From the NCBI GenBank assembly GCA_048885925.1, contig JBHLLG010000014.1, forward strand, positions 1 to 63,258: 63,258 nt of DNA, written 5' to 3'. The stretch's first letter is position 1; each line of letters opens with the position of its first letter. This DNA is from Candidatus Hermodarchaeota archaeon. Lineage in GTDB: Archaea > Asgardarchaeota > Lokiarchaeia > Sigyniarchaeales > SOKP01. Below are positions 9,880 to 20,330 of the stretch, piece after piece. Under the pieces are notes generated by a model, which did no database searches, was not told the origin of the DNA, and worked only from the letters and a program-made list of their open reading frames with translations. The position numbers and the translations under genes are program-made.

Positions 9880-11511
9880 ATGAATGACTATTTTTTAGGT
9901 TTAGACTGCTCAACTCAGAGCCTTACTGGAATAGTTATCGATTTTGAAGGAAAAAAAATAATAATCAATATTTCTTTGCCATATAGTGAATATTTTCCAG
10001 AATTTAATACAGATCACGGAATTATTAAGTTTGAAGATGAAAAAGTTGTTCATTCTTATCCTTTAATGTGGGTTGAAGCTTTGGATAAATTATTTTCCAT
10101 ATTTAAAGAAAAAAATTTAGACTTTAATTCAATTAAAGCCATTAGCGGAAGTGGACAGCAACATGGAACTATTTATTTAAATGAAAAATTTGAAATGGCT
10201 CTAAAAAATCTTAATCTTAATAAAAACCTAAAAGAGCAACTTGAAGATGTATTTACACGTGAAACAGCACCAATTTGGATGGATTCAAGTACAAATAAGC
10301 AATGTCAAGAAATTAGAGTAGCAATTGGAGGCATGTTAAAAACAATCAAGTTAACTGGTTCAGATACATTTGAACGATTCTCCGGACCTCAAATAAGAAA
10401 ATTTTACCAACAAAATCCCAAGGGATATAATAAAACGATGGTGATTCATTTAGTAAGTTCATTTATGGCATCTATTTTACTAGGAGAGAATTCACCAATT
10501 GACTATGGAGATGGTGCTGGAATGAATTTAATGGATATAAAGAAAAAAGTTTGGAGTGATAAAGCACTTAATGCTACAGCTCCTGAACTGAAACAAAAAC
10601 TCCCATCATTAGTAGAATCTGATAAAATCATTGGAAAAATATCACCATATTTTATTAAAAAATATGGATTCAATCATGATTGTTCTGTGTTACCCTGGTC
10701 AGGTGATAACCCAAATAGTTTAATTGGAGTTGGTTTAATTGGAAAAGGTAAAGTGGCTATCAGCTTAGGTACAAGTAATACATATTTTGGATTCATGAAA
10801 AAATTAACTATAGATCCACAAGGAGAGAGCCATGTCTTTATTTCTCCTACTGGTGACTATATGAGTTTAATTTGCTTTAAAAATGGGGCTTTAACAACAG
10901 AACTGATTAAAGATAAATTTAATTTAAATTGGGATGGTTTTTCTAAAATATTGGAAAATTCTTCTCCCGGAAATAAAGGAAAAATTATGTTACCTTACTT
11001 TTTTCCTGAAATCGTGCCTCAAGTATTAAAACCCAAAGTTTTTAGGTTTGGTTTCGATGAAAATGACAAAGAAGGAAATGTAAGGGCAATTATTGAATCC
11101 CAATTAATATCTATTCGTTTGCATTCTCAATGGACAAGGGAAAAGCCAGAAATCATTTATGTCACTGGAGGTGGTTCTAAAAATGAAGCTATTCTTCAAA
11201 TATTAGCTGATATTTTTAATGTAACAGTCATTCAATTTGATATGACTTCATCTGCTTGTTTAGGTGCGGCATTAAGAGCCGCTAAAGCTTATTATGATAA
11301 AATAAATCAAAATAAATCTTGGTTTGACATTGTACAACATTTTTTAGGATCAAAAGAAAGAGTTATAATGCCACGATCTAAATATAAAAAACTATATGAT
11401 GATATGGTTCAGTTATATAGAAAATATGAAGATTATGCAATACGTGGAGGAGAGAATCCAGAACAACAGCATCAAAATTTTATAGAATTATATTTTAAAG
11501 ATATTAATTGA
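9880..11511 (+). CDS. xylB: Xylulokinase, FGGY family (eukaryote-like XYLB/XKS1 subtype)
   Basis: LGLDCSTQS, SGSGQQHG, PIWMDSST, ERFSGPQIRK, HLVSSF, GDNPNS, SLGTS. Start placed at ATG 9880. Confidence 0.85.
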   Translation: MNDYFLGLDCSTQSLTGIVIDFEGKKIIINISLPYSEYFPEFNTDHGIIKFEDEKVVHSYPLMWVEALDKLFSIFKEKNLDFNSIKAISGSGQQHGTIYLNEKFEMALKNLNLNKNLKEQLEDVFTRETAPIWMDSSTNKQCQEIRVAIGGMLKTIKLTGSDTFERFSGPQIRKFYQQNPKGYNKTMVIHLVSSFMASILLGENSPIDYGDGAGMNLMDIKKKVWSDKALNATAPELKQKLPSLVESDKIIGKISPYFIKKYGFNHDCSVLPWSGDNPNSLIGVGLIGKGKVAISLGTSNTYFGFMKKLTIDPQGESHVFISPTGDYMSLICFKNGALTTELIKDKFNLNWDGFSKILENSSPGNKGKIMLPYFFPEIVPQVLKPKVFRFGFDENDKEGNVRAIIESQLISIRLHSQWTREKPEIIYVTGGGSKNEAILQILADIFNVTVIQFDMTSSACLGAALRAAKAYYDKINQNKSWFDIVQHFLGSKERVIMPRSKYKKLYDDMVQLYRKYEDYAIRGGENPEQQHQNFIELYFKDIN

Positions 11512-11660
11512 AAAATAGAAATTATATAAAATTTGAGAATATAATCAACAAAAGTTATATCATAAAAGAATACTTTTTAGAAAAATCTATAAGCAATCGA
11601 ATATTCTAAAATATAACATTTTAGAACTCTACTTTTAATAAATATTATTTCTGAACTGCT

Positions 11661-12767
11661 ATGACAATTAAAATAGAGGATGTCAAAGGAATTGGCAAAA
11701 AGATTGAAGTATTAAAAGAAGCTGGGATTGATTCAGTGGAAAAATTAGCAAGCTCAAAAACTGAAGATTTAACTAATTTAAAAGGAATTGGCAAAGCCAC
11801 AGCCGAAAAATTTATTGATAATGCTAAAGAATTACTACAACAAGAATCTAAGAAAGAACAAGCAGAACCGACTAAGAAGGAAGAAGACGAAGATGAAAAG
11901 AAAATTCAAGAAGAGATAAAAAAATTAAAAGAGAAGAAAGATAAATTACAAGGAAAAAAAGTAGAAGAAGGAGATTTTGTATTAGTAAAAATTACAGCAA
12001 GAACACAGAAAGGTCAGATTTTTAGAGTTTCATCTGAGGAAGATGCTAAAAAAGCTGGAATATTTGATGAGAAGAAAGCTAAGCAAGGATTTTATACTCC
12101 AGAGTTTGTTATAGTAGGAAAACCTGGATTTGTAAATGAAGGTCTTACTGAAACTATTAAAGAAATGAATTATTTTGAAAAAAAATCAGTAAGAATACCT
12201 CCCACCAAGGCTTTTGGAAAACGTGATCCCCAAAAGATCGAAAGAATAGGTATCAATAAATTTAGAAGATTAAATGAGGGGAAAAATCCTGAAATTGGAA
12301 AAGAGTTTGTTAAACAATCGCAAGGACAAGTCCAGAGAGGTATAATAACGAATGTTGTGCAGGGAAGGGTTATTATAGATTATAATCATCCTTTAGCAGG
12401 ACAGTCGATCGATTACAATTTAGAAATTATTGATAAAGTAGAAGATTTCAATGATAAAATTAATTATTTCATGATTTCTAAAGGAATTCCACAAGAAAAT
12501 GTTTCTGAATTTCAAGTTAGCTATCATCCAAAGAATAAAACTCTTGAGATCACCATTCCAAAAATGTTTCTTTTTCAAAACTTAACATATGTTAAATTTG
12601 GGTTGGCTATGGATCTTCAAACTCATATGGCAGAGGAGATAGATGATGTGAAATTTATTGAAATCTATGAAAAAATTCCTTTACCTCCTTCCCCGTCTGA
12701 ATCGGTAATGCAAAAAGTTAAAGAATTTAATAAAGAGAAAAATGAGAAGAAAGAAGCTGAGGAATAA
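11661..12767 (+). CDS. Archaeal long-type FKBP peptidyl-prolyl isomerase with N-terminal helix-hairpin-helix domain
   Basis: KGIG...KGIGKATA HhH motifs, then GDFV, IPPTKAFGKRD, IDYNHPLAG. Confidence 0.85.
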   Translation: MTIKIEDVKGIGKKIEVLKEAGIDSVEKLASSKTEDLTNLKGIGKATAEKFIDNAKELLQQESKKEQAEPTKKEEDEDEKKIQEEIKKLKEKKDKLQGKKVEEGDFVLVKITARTQKGQIFRVSSEEDAKKAGIFDEKKAKQGFYTPEFVIVGKPGFVNEGLTETIKEMNYFEKKSVRIPPTKAFGKRDPQKIERIGINKFRRLNEGKNPEIGKEFVKQSQGQVQRGIITNVVQGRVIIDYNHPLAGQSIDYNLEIIDKVEDFNDKINYFMISKGIPQENVSEFQVSYHPKNKTLEITIPKMFLFQNLTYVKFGLAMDLQTHMAEEIDDVKFIEIYEKIPLPPSPSESVMQKVKEFNKEKNEKKEAEE

Positions 12768-12783
12768 AATTAAGTAATTCATT

Positions 12784-13749
12784 TTAATTAACTCGAATTT
12801 TACTGACTAGTTCTTGCTTTTTTCTTTCCTTTTGCTTTTTATACTCAGATTTCTTTTTTTGATAATAAGCCTTTTTTTTCTGAAATTCTATTCTTCTCTT
12901 CAAGGATTTTCGCTTTTTTTTTAAGTATTCCTTTTTTGCTTTTTTGAATTCTTTTTTAGCTTTTTTGAATTCTTTTTTAGCTTTTTTGTATTTTTTATAC
13001 TTTTGTTTTATTTTATATCGAAGATCTTTACTAATTTCTCCTATTCCCAATTCCTCCAATGTTTTCTTAAAGTCACGAAATGATTCAAATCTGATAACAG
13101 TAATTCCTAATTCTCTTGCTGGGACCAGATTTCTGATTTTGTCATCAATAAAAACACAATTTTTAGGTTTTGTATCCAATTTTTTTAAAACATATTTGTA
13201 TTTATCTATATCGGGTTTAATTAAACCTATTTCATTTGAAAGAAACACATGATCAAAACTACTATAAAATCCTTTTAACAAATTTGATTTAGCATGAAGA
13301 TCGTGAGTGTTTGACATTAAACTCACGGTATAATCTGCTTGATGTAGTCGTTCGATTATTTCTGCCATATCTGAAGAGAATTCAGTGACTTGAGAATAGA
13401 TTTCGAACCATATTTCTATATAATACTCAACATTTACCTTTTTTGGAGGTAATGCTCCATTACTTTTTTGATGTGGATAATAATACTTTTCAAAGATTTT
13501 CTCTAAAAATTCATGAGAAGAGATTCTTCCTGAGCTTAAACTTCTTTTAAGCTTCTTAATATATGAATTATTCTCACGTGGAATTGAGATATTTAAATCT
13601 GCTTCTATAATGTCAAATAAATTTTTTAAAACAAAAGTTTTCTCGATTAAAACACCTCCGAAATCAAAAATGAAATGACGGATTTTCCACAACCTAACTT
13701 TTTGTTTTTCACCATAAATTTTTGATTTCTTTATATCTTGAGTATTCAT
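12784..13749 (-). CDS. HAD-superfamily phosphatase with Lys-rich C-terminal tail
   Basis: FDFGGV (motif I), SNT, KP, FIDD; last ~75 aa are polybasic. Confidence 0.85.
   Translation of the reverse strand: MNTQDIKKSKIYGEKQKVRLWKIRHFIFDFGGVLIEKTFVLKNLFDIIEADLNISIPRENNSYIKKLKRSLSSGRISSHEFLEKIFEKYYYPHQKSNGALPPKKVNVEYYIEIWFEIYSQVTEFSSDMAEIIERLHQADYTVSLMSNTHDLHAKSNLLKGFYSSFDHVFLSNEIGLIKPDIDKYKYVLKKLDTKPKNCVFIDDKIRNLVPARELGITVIRFESFRDFKKTLEELGIGEISKDLRYKIKQKYKKYKKAKKEFKKAKKEFKKAKKEYLKKKRKSLKRRIEFQKKKAYYQKKKSEYKKQKERKKQELVSKIRVN
12938..12988. repeat. 21-bp tandem repeat (2 full copies plus a partial) encoding KKAKKEF
   Basis: GCTTTTTTGAATTCTTTTTTA at 12938 and 12959, partial copy at 12980. Confidence 0.85.
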
Positions 13750-13779
13750 TATCTTTGTATTTCTATCCTATAAAACCTT

Positions 13780-14583
13780 TTAATTATTTTGGTTATTAAT
13801 ATGTTTATGCATTGATTGTAAGATTAATTCACAAATTTTTTCTACGGGTGAAATGTTTTCAATTTTCCAATTGCTAAATTCTGGAAAACTCCCAACATCA
13901 ACAGTATATAATTTATTACTTTTATTTTCTCTTACAATATCAAAATGGCCAAATAAGGCATTTTCATTAAGATTATCTCTCCATTTTTTGATAATGTCTT
14001 TGATATCATTAGGGGTTTCAACTTTTTCCATCGGTACATGTTCATGAGATAATGGAGGTTTTACTAATACGCAAATCTGATCTTCTATGAAGTAGACATT
14101 ATAATGAATTCCTTCAACATATTTTTCTAGATATATTATTTCATTATTTTCTGAGGTAAAATCATTATAAAATTTAATCATTCTAACCCCTTTGCTACCA
14201 GATCCCATAATGGGTTTTAAGATTAATGGAAAATCTTCTTTCTCAAGTTTATTTTTCAAAGTTTTTTGAGTTCCTATGAAAATACCTGGTCTTAAAAGAC
14301 CATATTTTTTCATTAGGTAATGTGAATGGACACGATTTTTTTGTAAATAAGAGACTCGTGGATTTGGGAAGACTGGAATATTATTTGCTTCTAAAAAGTA
14401 GCCAGCATATATATAAAAAAGCCCTTTTGATTTTAAAATGTAAAAATCATTATCAAATAGAGATGAATTTATATTAAGTTCTTTCTGAGTATATATTTTA
14501 ACTTGATGGCCTTTATTTTCCAAACATTGTTTAATTTTTCCAGTAAGCATTATTTTTCTTTTCGATAGAATACCAATTTTCAT
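13780..14583 (-). CDS. ATP-grasp protein (RimK/ITPK1-like)
   Basis: PLILKPIMGSGSKGV, LEKYV, FGHFDIV, YTVDVGSFPEF. Confidence 0.78.
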   Translation of the reverse strand: MKIGILSKRKIMLTGKIKQCLENKGHQVKIYTQKELNINSSLFDNDFYILKSKGLFYIYAGYFLEANNIPVFPNPRVSYLQKNRVHSHYLMKKYGLLRPGIFIGTQKTLKNKLEKEDFPLILKPIMGSGSKGVRMIKFYNDFTSENNEIIYLEKYVEGIHYNVYFIEDQICVLVKPPLSHEHVPMEKVETPNDIKDIIKKWRDNLNENALFGHFDIVRENKSNKLYTVDVGSFPEFSNWKIENISPVEKICELILQSMHKHINNQNN

Positions 14584-14597
14584 TTTCTTAATAATAC

Positions 14598-15413
14598 CTA
14601 TTTTTTTACTTGTTCTATTAGGAAATCAGCAACAATTTTAGGTCCATTTTTAACATAATTAAAATTTGGTGTGCAATTTACATCAGTTAAATAAAATTGC
14701 TTATCTTTTGACTGAAGAAAGTCCATAGAAGTTACTTTCAAATCCATAATCTCCATAACTTTATGGCAATACTCATTTAATTCCTTAATTGCAGGAATTT
14801 TAGTTCTAGACTCCATCTTATTAGGATTAAATAAAACAGGTAATTGTCTATAATATAAAATTTTTTCACCAATTCCATATAACTTGTATTCCCATTCACT
14901 TTCAATGAATTTTTGGTAATAAAAATATCCATAACTTTTTTTTCCATCAACTTCTTCCAACGCTCGTTTATCAGCAACTCTTATATGATTTGATTCACCT
15001 AAAGTTAAAGGATCAAAACTATAATTATCTTGATCTATAATATTTTTAATAATAAAATCATTAAAAGTAGGAGAAAATCCTTTTGGATTTAATGAGAACT
15101 CTGGTACAGGAAGTCCAGCTCTTTTTAAAATGACACTGTTCAAATATCTGTTAATAGATAAATAGATACCTTTATAGGAGTTTATTACAGGGATAGATGA
15201 TTCTTCTTCAATTTGTTTTACAAGAGCTAAGACTAAATCTCCTTTCGCTTTTACAAAAAAAATATCCTCTTCAAATGTGTTTTTAGAACTATTTAGAAGA
15301 TATGATTCTTCAGTATAAATATTCACATCGGCTTTAAGTTGTAAGTATTTAACGAATTCTTCTACCTTATATTTCAAATGATATTCATCGATTATAATAC
15401 CGATCTTAATCAA
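14598..15413 (-). CDS. ATP-grasp protein (RimK/ITPK1-like)
   Basis: IPVINS, YQKFI, EYKLYGIG, SMDFL, LTDVNCTPNF. Confidence 0.78.
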   Translation of the reverse strand: MIKIGIIIDEYHLKYKVEEFVKYLQLKADVNIYTEESYLLNSSKNTFEEDIFFVKAKGDLVLALVKQIEEESSIPVINSYKGIYLSINRYLNSVILKRAGLPVPEFSLNPKGFSPTFNDFIIKNIIDQDNYSFDPLTLGESNHIRVADKRALEEVDGKKSYGYFYYQKFIESEWEYKLYGIGEKILYYRQLPVLFNPNKMESRTKIPAIKELNEYCHKVMEIMDLKVTSMDFLQSKDKQFYLTDVNCTPNFNYVKNGPKIVADFLIEQVKK

Positions 15414-15665
15414 AAAACTTACCTTTTTAGCCTTATCCTATTCTATTTAATAAAAAAAATTATTTAATTTAAATCCAATTGAAACTAAATCAGAAAAAGT
15501 ATAAGTTAAGATAAATTTATTATGTAAAAATAAAATAAACATTAATTTAATTTATTTTATAGTCAAAAATTAGTGTGTTCTAACGTATTTTACTAATATT
15601 ATAATCCATATATTTATATACCATTATTTATAATTTAATTATCAAAAATATAAAGGGTTTTTTGG

Positions 15666-16580
15666 GTGTCAAATAAGCTAAGTAGAATTTACATAGGTTC
15701 TATTTGCAATCGAGATCTTGAAATTTTTGAAGAGATCAAAAATTTCTGCAATAGAAACTACAATATTTCTATAGTTAATTTACTAAAAAAAGGTTCCAAT
15801 ACTTTTAGTGAAAAACATTTCAAAAAACAAATCAAGAAGTACCCCATTTCATTTATAATTGTTAAATTATTATCTGAAGAAGGTAATCAAGAAATTTATA
15901 GAACAATTAAAGAAATTACACCCAATATTCCTCTTTTAAATAATATTGATGCTGTTAAAACTTGTGAAAGTAGAAAAGAGACCTTTAGATTTATCGAAGA
16001 AAAATGTAAAAAAGTAAATGTTCCTCGCTCCTTTTATTCTATAAATGAAGCTTATGAAGCTTGTTCTAATGGAACCAAACTCGTCATTAAACTAAATAGG
16101 CATAATATTCCAGATTTGCCCCGAGATGGTAGGATTGTCGGTGTAGTTGAAAACCTAAATGATTTCTTAAGATTAACAAAAAATTATAAAGAAAATGAGT
16201 TATTTTTCCAAGAGTATTTAGGGAAATTTGAAATTGTATATAAAATATATATAATAGGTCGGTGGACAGTTTCAATAACTTCACATAACCGCCTACAACA
16301 TAATGAGAATTTATCTCCTTTAGAGTTAATTCATATTCGTGTCCCAATCGACAAACAATTAAAAAGACGAGTATTAAGATTAGGCAGAAAAATTGGACTA
16401 TCAATTTTTGGAATTGATTATGTGTTAGCAAGAGATGGAACTCCATATATCATAGATGTTAATGATTTTCCCAGTTTTAGAAGTGTTCCAGAAGCAGTGT
16501 CATTAATTTCTGATTTTATCTTTAACTTTTTATATTTACAACAACAATTATATAAGGTACCTGCTAGAGTTAAAGGTTAA
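15666..16580 (+). CDS. ATP-grasp protein resembling inositol-1,3,4-trisphosphate 5/6-kinase (ITPK1)
   Basis: FQEYL, YKIYIIG, LSIFGIDYV, IIDVNDFPSFRSV, matching the ITPK1 pattern LFGID..VIDIN.FPGY. Confidence 0.75.
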   Translation: MSNKLSRIYIGSICNRDLEIFEEIKNFCNRNYNISIVNLLKKGSNTFSEKHFKKQIKKYPISFIIVKLLSEEGNQEIYRTIKEITPNIPLLNNIDAVKTCESRKETFRFIEEKCKKVNVPRSFYSINEAYEACSNGTKLVIKLNRHNIPDLPRDGRIVGVVENLNDFLRLTKNYKENELFFQEYLGKFEIVYKIYIIGRWTVSITSHNRLQHNENLSPLELIHIRVPIDKQLKRRVLRLGRKIGLSIFGIDYVLARDGTPYIIDVNDFPSFRSVPEAVSLISDFIFNFLYLQQQLYKVPARVKG

Positions 16581-16605
16581 AATCTTACATTTAAAACAAA
16601 ATCAA

Positions 16606-17700
16606 TTATCTTTCTCTCTTGTTTTCTACAAACTCTAAAAGGTTTTTTTTTGCAATGTAATCTGCTAACTGCTCTGGAGGATGTTTAGCAAAGAATGAAC
16701 AGGCAGATTGAAGTATGCCTCCAATTTTTCTATCTTTTGCGATTTTACTTACTCTAATTGAATCTGTGATAATTCCTGCTGAATTATTTCCATCTTCTAC
16801 GAATAGAGTGATATCTATTCTTACTGGTGCACCTCCAAAAATGCGCCCTTCCAGTCTCATATAGGCTTCTTTTTGGTTTTTTAGAAATGGAATATAATCT
16901 ACTGCAGAAATTTGACAATTTACTGTATCTCTATTTTGTAAAAAGGCAGTTACTGCTTCAGTTTTAGATTGTCGTTTTCCTTCTTCATATCTTAAATAAC
17001 CATTGGGCATTGGCGTTAATAAATTGCAAAAGTCACTCGAACCACCCCAATCAAGTTGAATTGTTTTATCTAACATAGCTCCCCGCATTGGAAAGAGATT
17101 TGCTAATGTTCTATGAACAATAGTAGCTCCAATTTGTGATTTTACGTCATCTCCAATCAATGAAAGATTAGACTTCTCAGCTTTCTCAACTATTTCTGGA
17201 TCCTTGACTACACGAGAAGGCATTCCATTTACTACACATGATCCTGCTTCAAGTGCTTTCATTGCATAAAATTTGACTGCTTCATGAGATCCCGTAGGGA
17301 GTAGGATTATGGTGACATCAGTATTTCTCTTCTTTAGTTCATTAACAATATCAGCAGGTTCTTGATTATTATCTATCGGCACAATATTTTTAATATTGCT
17401 ATCTAATCCGTCCATTATTGGACCTTTAATTACAGGAGCATTTAAAAAATCAGGTTCAAAAAGTTTCATATTACAATTTGGTTCTTCAAAAATTGCTTTA
17501 CTTAAATCTTTTCCTACTTTATTTGAATTAACATCAATTCCCAGAACAAAATTTATGTCATTAATCTTATATTGGGTTATTTCTGGTAGGATCCCAATGA
17601 TTTTGTCGGGATTTTTCTTATAATTTTGAACGCCCTGAATCAAAGCAGATGCTACATCACCAACTCCTACAATAGCTACATTAATAAAATTATTCGCCAT
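16606..17700 (-). CDS. ino1: myo-Inositol-1-phosphate synthase
   Basis: VAIVGVG, LPTGS, IGDDVKSQIGATIVHR, QLDWGGSSDF, DYIPFL, EDGNNSAG. Confidence 0.92.
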   Translation of the reverse strand: MANNFINVAIVGVGDVASALIQGVQNYKKNPDKIIGILPEITQYKINDINFVLGIDVNSNKVGKDLSKAIFEEPNCNMKLFEPDFLNAPVIKGPIMDGLDSNIKNIVPIDNNQEPADIVNELKKRNTDVTIILLPTGSHEAVKFYAMKALEAGSCVVNGMPSRVVKDPEIVEKAEKSNLSLIGDDVKSQIGATIVHRTLANLFPMRGAMLDKTIQLDWGGSSDFCNLLTPMPNGYLRYEEGKRQSKTEAVTAFLQNRDTVNCQISAVDYIPFLKNQKEAYMRLEGRIFGGAPVRIDITLFVEDGNNSAGIITDSIRVSKIAKDRKIGGILQSACSFFAKHPPEQLADYIAKKNLLEFVENKRER

Positions 17701-17873
17701 GATATTTTCTATAATAAAATACTTATATTTAAATCATATTAAAATAAAGTAAATTTTAATAATTAGAAATATTGATACAAAAATCATTATTAAAATTGTA
17801 TATTTTTGAATTACTAAAATTCTAAATAACCCTTTAATTATCTTTCGGTAGACTTAGTTGAATTAAAAATTAA

Positions 17874-20321
17874 GTGGTTAGATTGGCATTTTTTACACAT
17901 ATTATAAATAATTTTCTATTAATTTTTGTTTCTTTAATTTTGTTCTTAATTGTAATATATTTACTTTTACCTTGGTTCTTTGATAAACTTGTTTCTCCAA
18001 AATTTAACGCTACATATAGATATAACCCTAAGGATTTTAAAAAAAAAGATAAAATCGAACCTTTTTTAAGTCAATTTAAAATAGAAAATATAGAATTTAA
18101 TAAAAGCAATGGTCAATATATAATTTCATTCGGAAAAAGAGGGCAATTAATAAATGGTATTGTAAAAGTAAGAAATGAACTTTGCAATTATTTCAATAAT
18201 AATCCATTAAAAGAAAAATCTAAAACACTTAAATTACTTTCTATTAATGAAGAGACTGGAAATGATAAATTAGGAAATTTTAAGTCAATTTATTTTCAAT
18301 ATCGATTAGAAGATATTGAACAAAATGTAAATGTTTTAATTAAAAATTATCATAGTCAAAATTTTATTACTTTTGAGCTCTCTATTCCTGATGGTTTAGA
18401 CAATTCAGCCACAGGAAAATATTCTGAACTTATCACTTCATTTCCTTCCTTTATAAACTTAAATTCTAATATGAAAACCTTTACTTTTAGAAATGCTATT
18501 TTTTGTCCTCCCACAAAAAAATTTAACATCACTTCTGCTCCAGTTCTTTTTTATGATGATGATTTAAACTGTTTCATTATATCACCTTTAGATTCTTTTT
18601 TGAATACTGCAATCTCTAAAGATGAGAATAATAGAATAAGTTGTGGAATTCAAGGAGCAATAAAAAAAATACCGAAAAATTTTACTCAAAAGTTTATACT
18701 TCTTTTTGATAAAGGAATTAATCAGTCTATAGAACATCTTGGTAATATTCTATTAAAATATCATAATTCTGAGCGAAAAAGTCTTTATGCAAATGTAGTG
18801 ACTTCTTATTTAGGATTCTGGACAGATAATGGTGCATATTATTACTATAAAACAGAAAAAGGAATGAATTATGAAGATACAATGGTTTCAATAAAAAATT
18901 ATTTTGAAGAAAATAACATCCCTATAGTATATTATAATTTTGATAGTTGGTGGTACCTGAAACATACAAATAAATTAATAGCAAAAATTTTAAAACCGCT
19001 AATAAGATTAATGGGAGGAGGTCTATTTGGAAATACATTACGTTGGGAAGTAGATCCTAAGAATTTTTTGACAGATTTAAAAACATTCCATCAAAATCGA
19101 TTCCAAAAGCCAATTACAGCTCATAATCGTCGGTGGGATGCAAGGTCACCTTACGTTGAGAAATTTGAATTTGAAACATATAAAAATCACGCTATACCAC
19201 TTAAAAAAGAATTTTGGGAATGGTTAATGAAACATGCAAGAGAAAGTGGAATTGAAGTTTATGAACAAGATTGGATGAAAAACCAAATTGTAAGTATACC
19301 ACTATTAAGAAAAAACTTCAATGCTCAAGAAGAATGGTTAAGCAGCATGGCCACTGCAGCTAAAGAACAAGGTATTGATGTTTATTATTGTATGCAAACT
19401 CCTGGACTTCTTTTGTATAGTATTAAACATTCGAATATTAACATTTCTCGATGTTCCGGAGATTACAATCCTAGATGGCCAATTTCATATAGATTTGTTC
19501 ATTCTACTCAAACGAATATACTTTTTAACGCTATAGGAATTAATTCACATCCAGATGTTTTTCGATCAAGAACAATAGAGAATGTGAAATTTAGACCATT
19601 TGGAGAACGATTTCCTGATTTTCAATGTCTCTATCAAATCTTAAATGCAGGAGTTATAGCCCCAGGAGATAAAAAAGAAAATATTAATTGGCCACTTTTA
19701 AAAAAAACTTGTAGAGATGATGGATTATTATTAAAACCAGATAAAAGTTTAACAGCAAATGATTTAATGTTTAAAAAACATCGCAAATATTACATCTGCG
19801 ACACCTATACTAAAATTAATAATTTAATCTGGAGGTATATTTTCATAACTAATATCTGGCCTAATAGAGTTAAAGAAAAATTTTTCTCATTAAAAGAGTT
19901 AGGGTATGAAAAAAGCGAATACATCTTATTTGACTTTCTATCTGGTGATATCCAGAGGGTTAACATCGATAATTCTATAGAAATTGGGAAATTGCATAAA
20001 TATGAATATAAATATTTCATTTTATGTCCTATAACTGCAAGTGGGATGGCTTTAATTGGATGTCCTGATAAATTTGTTACATGTTCAAAAAAACTAATTA
20101 AAAAGTTTACCTCTACTGAAGATTCAATTAGTACTTTAATAGAAAATATAAAAGGCTCAATAGTTAAATTATTAATTTACTCAGAAAAAAAGCCCTCTTC
20201 TATTCAAGTTGATCACAAATCTTTAAACACATGGATTTATAATGAATTATCAAAGATAATAGCATTAACTCTAAAATTTGAAGCTTCTGGTAAAAAAGAA
20301 ATATTAATTCAAAAAAAATGA
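17874..20321 (+). CDS. Membrane-anchored glycoside-hydrolase-like (clan D-type TIM barrel) protein
   Basis: N-terminal TM helix; GFWTDNGAYYYY, NFDSWWY, YEQDW, YCM, RCSGDY, GLLLKPD. Confidence 0.5.
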   Translation: MVRLAFFTHIINNFLLIFVSLILFLIVIYLLLPWFFDKLVSPKFNATYRYNPKDFKKKDKIEPFLSQFKIENIEFNKSNGQYIISFGKRGQLINGIVKVRNELCNYFNNNPLKEKSKTLKLLSINEETGNDKLGNFKSIYFQYRLEDIEQNVNVLIKNYHSQNFITFELSIPDGLDNSATGKYSELITSFPSFINLNSNMKTFTFRNAIFCPPTKKFNITSAPVLFYDDDLNCFIISPLDSFLNTAISKDENNRISCGIQGAIKKIPKNFTQKFILLFDKGINQSIEHLGNILLKYHNSERKSLYANVVTSYLGFWTDNGAYYYYKTEKGMNYEDTMVSIKNYFEENNIPIVYYNFDSWWYLKHTNKLIAKILKPLIRLMGGGLFGNTLRWEVDPKNFLTDLKTFHQNRFQKPITAHNRRWDARSPYVEKFEFETYKNHAIPLKKEFWEWLMKHARESGIEVYEQDWMKNQIVSIPLLRKNFNAQEEWLSSMATAAKEQGIDVYYCMQTPGLLLYSIKHSNINISRCSGDYNPRWPISYRFVHSTQTNILFNAIGINSHPDVFRSRTIENVKFRPFGERFPDFQCLYQILNAGVIAPGDKKENINWPLLKKTCRDDGLLLKPDKSLTANDLMFKKHRKYYICDTYTKINNLIWRYIFITNIWPNRVKEKFFSLKELGYEKSEYILFDFLSGDIQRVNIDNSIEIGKLHKYEYKYFILCPITASGMALIGCPDKFVTCSKKLIKKFTSTEDSISTLIENIKGSIVKLLIYSEKKPSSIQVDHKSLNTWIYNELSKIIALTLKFEASGKKEILIQKK

Positions 20322-20330
20322 CCTAAATTT

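Noticed and set aside
13780-15413. Calling these two ATP-grasp genes rimK or lysX
   Set aside because: They have D rather than E at the E-x-N metal site (DVG, DVN) and sit in an inositol context, so a specific ligase name is unsupported.
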